Below, one piece after another: positions 61,096 to 64,000 of a DNA stretch of 64,000 nt (position 1 is the stretch's first letter; each line of letters starts with the position of its first letter). Position numbers and translations under genes: made by a program. The notes under the pieces are model-generated. The model worked only from the letters and a program-made list of their open reading frames with translations. It was not told where the DNA came from and searched no databases. The DNA comes from Eledone cirrhosa. Taxonomy: Eukaryota. The DNA lies in assembly GCA_964016885.1 (NCBI GenBank), contig OZ024740.1:334862001-334926000 (forward strand), given 5' to 3'.

Positions 61096-62227
61096 GTCTG
61101 TGTGTGCGCGGATGTGTGAGGATGCCTGCGTGTATGTGATATTTGGATATTATGCTTTTCATTTCACTCATTTTCCTAAAGCGTCAAACTCCACTTCGCA
61201 AACATGTTTTTTTTTTCTTTCTAAACATTATATACTAGCTAGTCATATTTTGAGAATCTGCATATGTATGTATGCTATTGCATGCAGCAGTCATCTCAAT
61301 GTGTATGTGAATTCGTATATTTGAATTTTACACAGCTATACTTTTTAAATAACTTATAGTTTTTAATAACTTATATTTTTTTAATAACTTATTGTTTAAT
61401 AACTTATAGTTGTATATGTGTATGTATGAATGTAGGTATCTATGTATCTGTGTATGTGTGTATGCATGCTAACAACGCTCTTTTGCATTCGCATAATATA
61501 AGCGTGTTTAAATGTGGGTGTGTTTTCGTTTTCATACCTGATTTTGTGCTATGAATTTTTTGAATAAAATCCATTCATAGAGGATTACATGTGGGTTTCA
61601 ATATCTATCATAATAAGGGATAGGCATGTGTGTGTGTGACTGTGAATGCAATGCAATATATTCAATGGTACACACAGTAAGAAATATACCGGTTATTTTA
61701 ATCAAATTACAATTCAATTCCGCTGAAAATGTATTAATACAATTGTATAGGGACCGTAACATTTATATGAAAAAGAACACTTATCTTAATCTCCCAGCTG
61801 TCATATTAATCATTCGTCCTTAATACCAACATTACTATAATAAATTTAAGACAATGTATCTTCCTAAGAAATCAAATAGAGGAATCCTTGAATATATACT
61901 TTCAGATTAGTTATTGTAAAATATAAAAATACAAACACCTAAATAAAATAGAAACTATGATAATAAGAAAATAATTATAATTATATAAGATTTCAATCAA
62001 TACAAAAAAGGATGAGAAACTTGATGAATTATTTCCTTTAAGACTGTGACAATATATGTTAAGAAATATGATTGTATACGCTGTGGGCGTAAGAAATAAC
62101 TGAATATTTGAAAATATTTCCACTAGTAAGATTTTTGACATAGGAAATGTTTTCTCTCAAAGACAGTAAATGAGTAATATATTCAAATCTTTACTAAAAC
62201 CCCTATAATATATTTTGAGCATACCTA

Positions 62228-62397
62228 AATTAATTGTTTCTATTTTTGGCACAACGCCAGCAATTACCCAGTACATTACTGGTACTTTATTTTATCGAAC
62301 CCGTAAGGATGAAAAGTGGGATTTGAACTCAGATCATTAAGAGATGTAACTCAATTCTTCAAAGCATGGTGTCCGACTCTCTACCGATACAGCCAAA
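62228..62397 (-). mobile_element. SINE family A, internally deleted
   Basis: Tail, core and B box recognisable. Confidence 0.8.
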
Positions 62398-62453
62398 TGC
62401 GTGTTGAACATATGATGTGTGAAATATTTTCAAGATGACTTGCATGTTGAGAT

Positions 62454-62500
<47 letters not shown>

Positions 62501-62525
62501 TCGAAATATGTATAGTAAATAAAGG

Positions 62526-62581
<56 letters not shown>

Positions 62582-62586
<5 letters not shown>

Positions 62587-62892
62587 CGAAACATAAGTCA
62601 ATTGCATGAACTCAAAATCCTTTATTTACTATACATATTTCGATGATAGCCATGCTATGAAATCATCAGGCAGTTAGTCAGTTCTTAGATATGCCAGCTC
62701 TGTGTTTATAGTGTTGATAGTATCAGAGCCTTGGGACATATGAGCTTGTTAGGGATAATTTTATGTTGTCAGCAGGAATAGTCTTAATTCTCATTTGTCA
62801 GTTTGTAGTTGCTAGTAGGGTTGGTATTTGACCTCAAAGAGGCAGGTGGTGTTGTAAAGTTCAAACCGTCAGTCAAGATGACAATAGTTCCA
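62582..62892 (-). mobile_element. Second copy of the 22771-23093 PLE 3' end, in (TA)n
   Basis: Continuous reverse-complement similarity; (TA)n on both sides. Confidence 0.8.
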
Positions 62893-64000
62893 TATATATA
62901 TATATATATAGATATATATATATATATATATAGCGGGTTGTGTATGTATATTTGTGTGTGTAAATGCATGTATCATATAGTAATGGGTGTCATTAAATAT
63001 TTCATGAATGCACGCATTTCTTCATGTATTTTGGAACATACTATAAGGTGTAAGGTCAGTTCTAGATCTATATCAGGAGGTCCACCTAAGTAGTTATGGT
63101 AGTTAACGTGTATATATATAATAAAATAAATAAATGATTCTCATTTTCGAAAGCAAACTAAAACATAATGAAACAAATAATTATGTAAAAAGCAAAGCAA
63201 ACCAACTTAACTAGTAAATGCTTATACAATACAGATGATATGAATGATATTCGAATGAAATTTACTAAATAATTAAGTCGTTCCTCGTAATATTACAACA
63301 TTTTTAGCAATAGTACTCTTCAATAATATTTCGAAAACCCCAAATATTTTACATTGATAATTGCAGTCATCATGCATGCACGACTATGCCAGTAGAATTG
63401 TTCAAATATTAGTAGGAAATCACCCACGAGTTTGTAAATGTTTCGCAGCCTGTTCAGAATATTGATGGTTGTATATTTATCCTGTGTTGTTAATGCATAT
63501 TCAACCATACCACTAATATATGCAATTTATAACAATGGCTCTGGATAAATCATATATTTTTTATGATTGTGTTTAGAAATTATTTCGTTCCGTGCATTGC
63601 TTACGGTAGTTTACTATCGTTAATAGTGCTTTCCATGGATGGTAATACACGAGCTGATTTTAAGTCTATAAATGTTTTTTCCTGATTTATAATGAGAAGA
63701 CATTCTTCCAGTTCATGTCTTAATTCAATTGTTTTTGACATGTTATTTTCCCTTGCAATCAATCTCCCCAGATAGCATAACTACCAAACTAAAATTAGAT
63801 AAGTCCTGGGTCAAAAGGTGCTACTCGTTGTTTGGTGTACATCTAACACACTGTGTACATTGATATTTACCTTATGGATATACGAGCCATGTAGGGAACC
63901 GTTTTCCTACATCGATATACGAGCAGTTTATTTTTTGTTAATTGTGTAGTATTTGTACGGGTTATGAACACGAACATGAGCTCCTGTTGTCCCGCCAGTG

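Noticed and set aside
63560-63790. Possible LINE RT remnant on the - strand (YLGRLIARENN)
   Set aside because: A single weak motif; too degenerate to call.

Overview
AT-rich eukaryotic non-coding DNA, saturated with (TA)n, (CA)n and (GA)n microsatellites. The tRNA-headed SINEs resemble those I recall from octopod cephalopods; this host assignment is inference only. I find no intact protein-coding gene or convincing host exon, and most listed ORFs are microsatellite translations. Recognisable relics are RTE, RTE-X and R4-like LINE fragments, two Tc1/mariner transposase pseudogenes, two SINE families and Penelope-like element (PLE) fragments, including a GIY-YIG C-terminus at 43308-43565. The main signal is about 14 long inverted repeats (arms of about 35 bp to 1 kb), mostly embedded in (TA)n and from several unrelated sequence families. 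Most share one architecture: 5' ends joined at the centre, a minimal type I hammerhead ribozyme (HHR) reading outward, often an AATAAA, and an unpaired 40-100 bp tail on one side. Several turn inside HHR stem II, and the tails often carry GAGT(G/A)C. I interpret them as snap-back insertion products of PLE 3' ends or retrozyme-like RNAs. All alignments and folds were done by eye; coordinates are approximate to a few bases.
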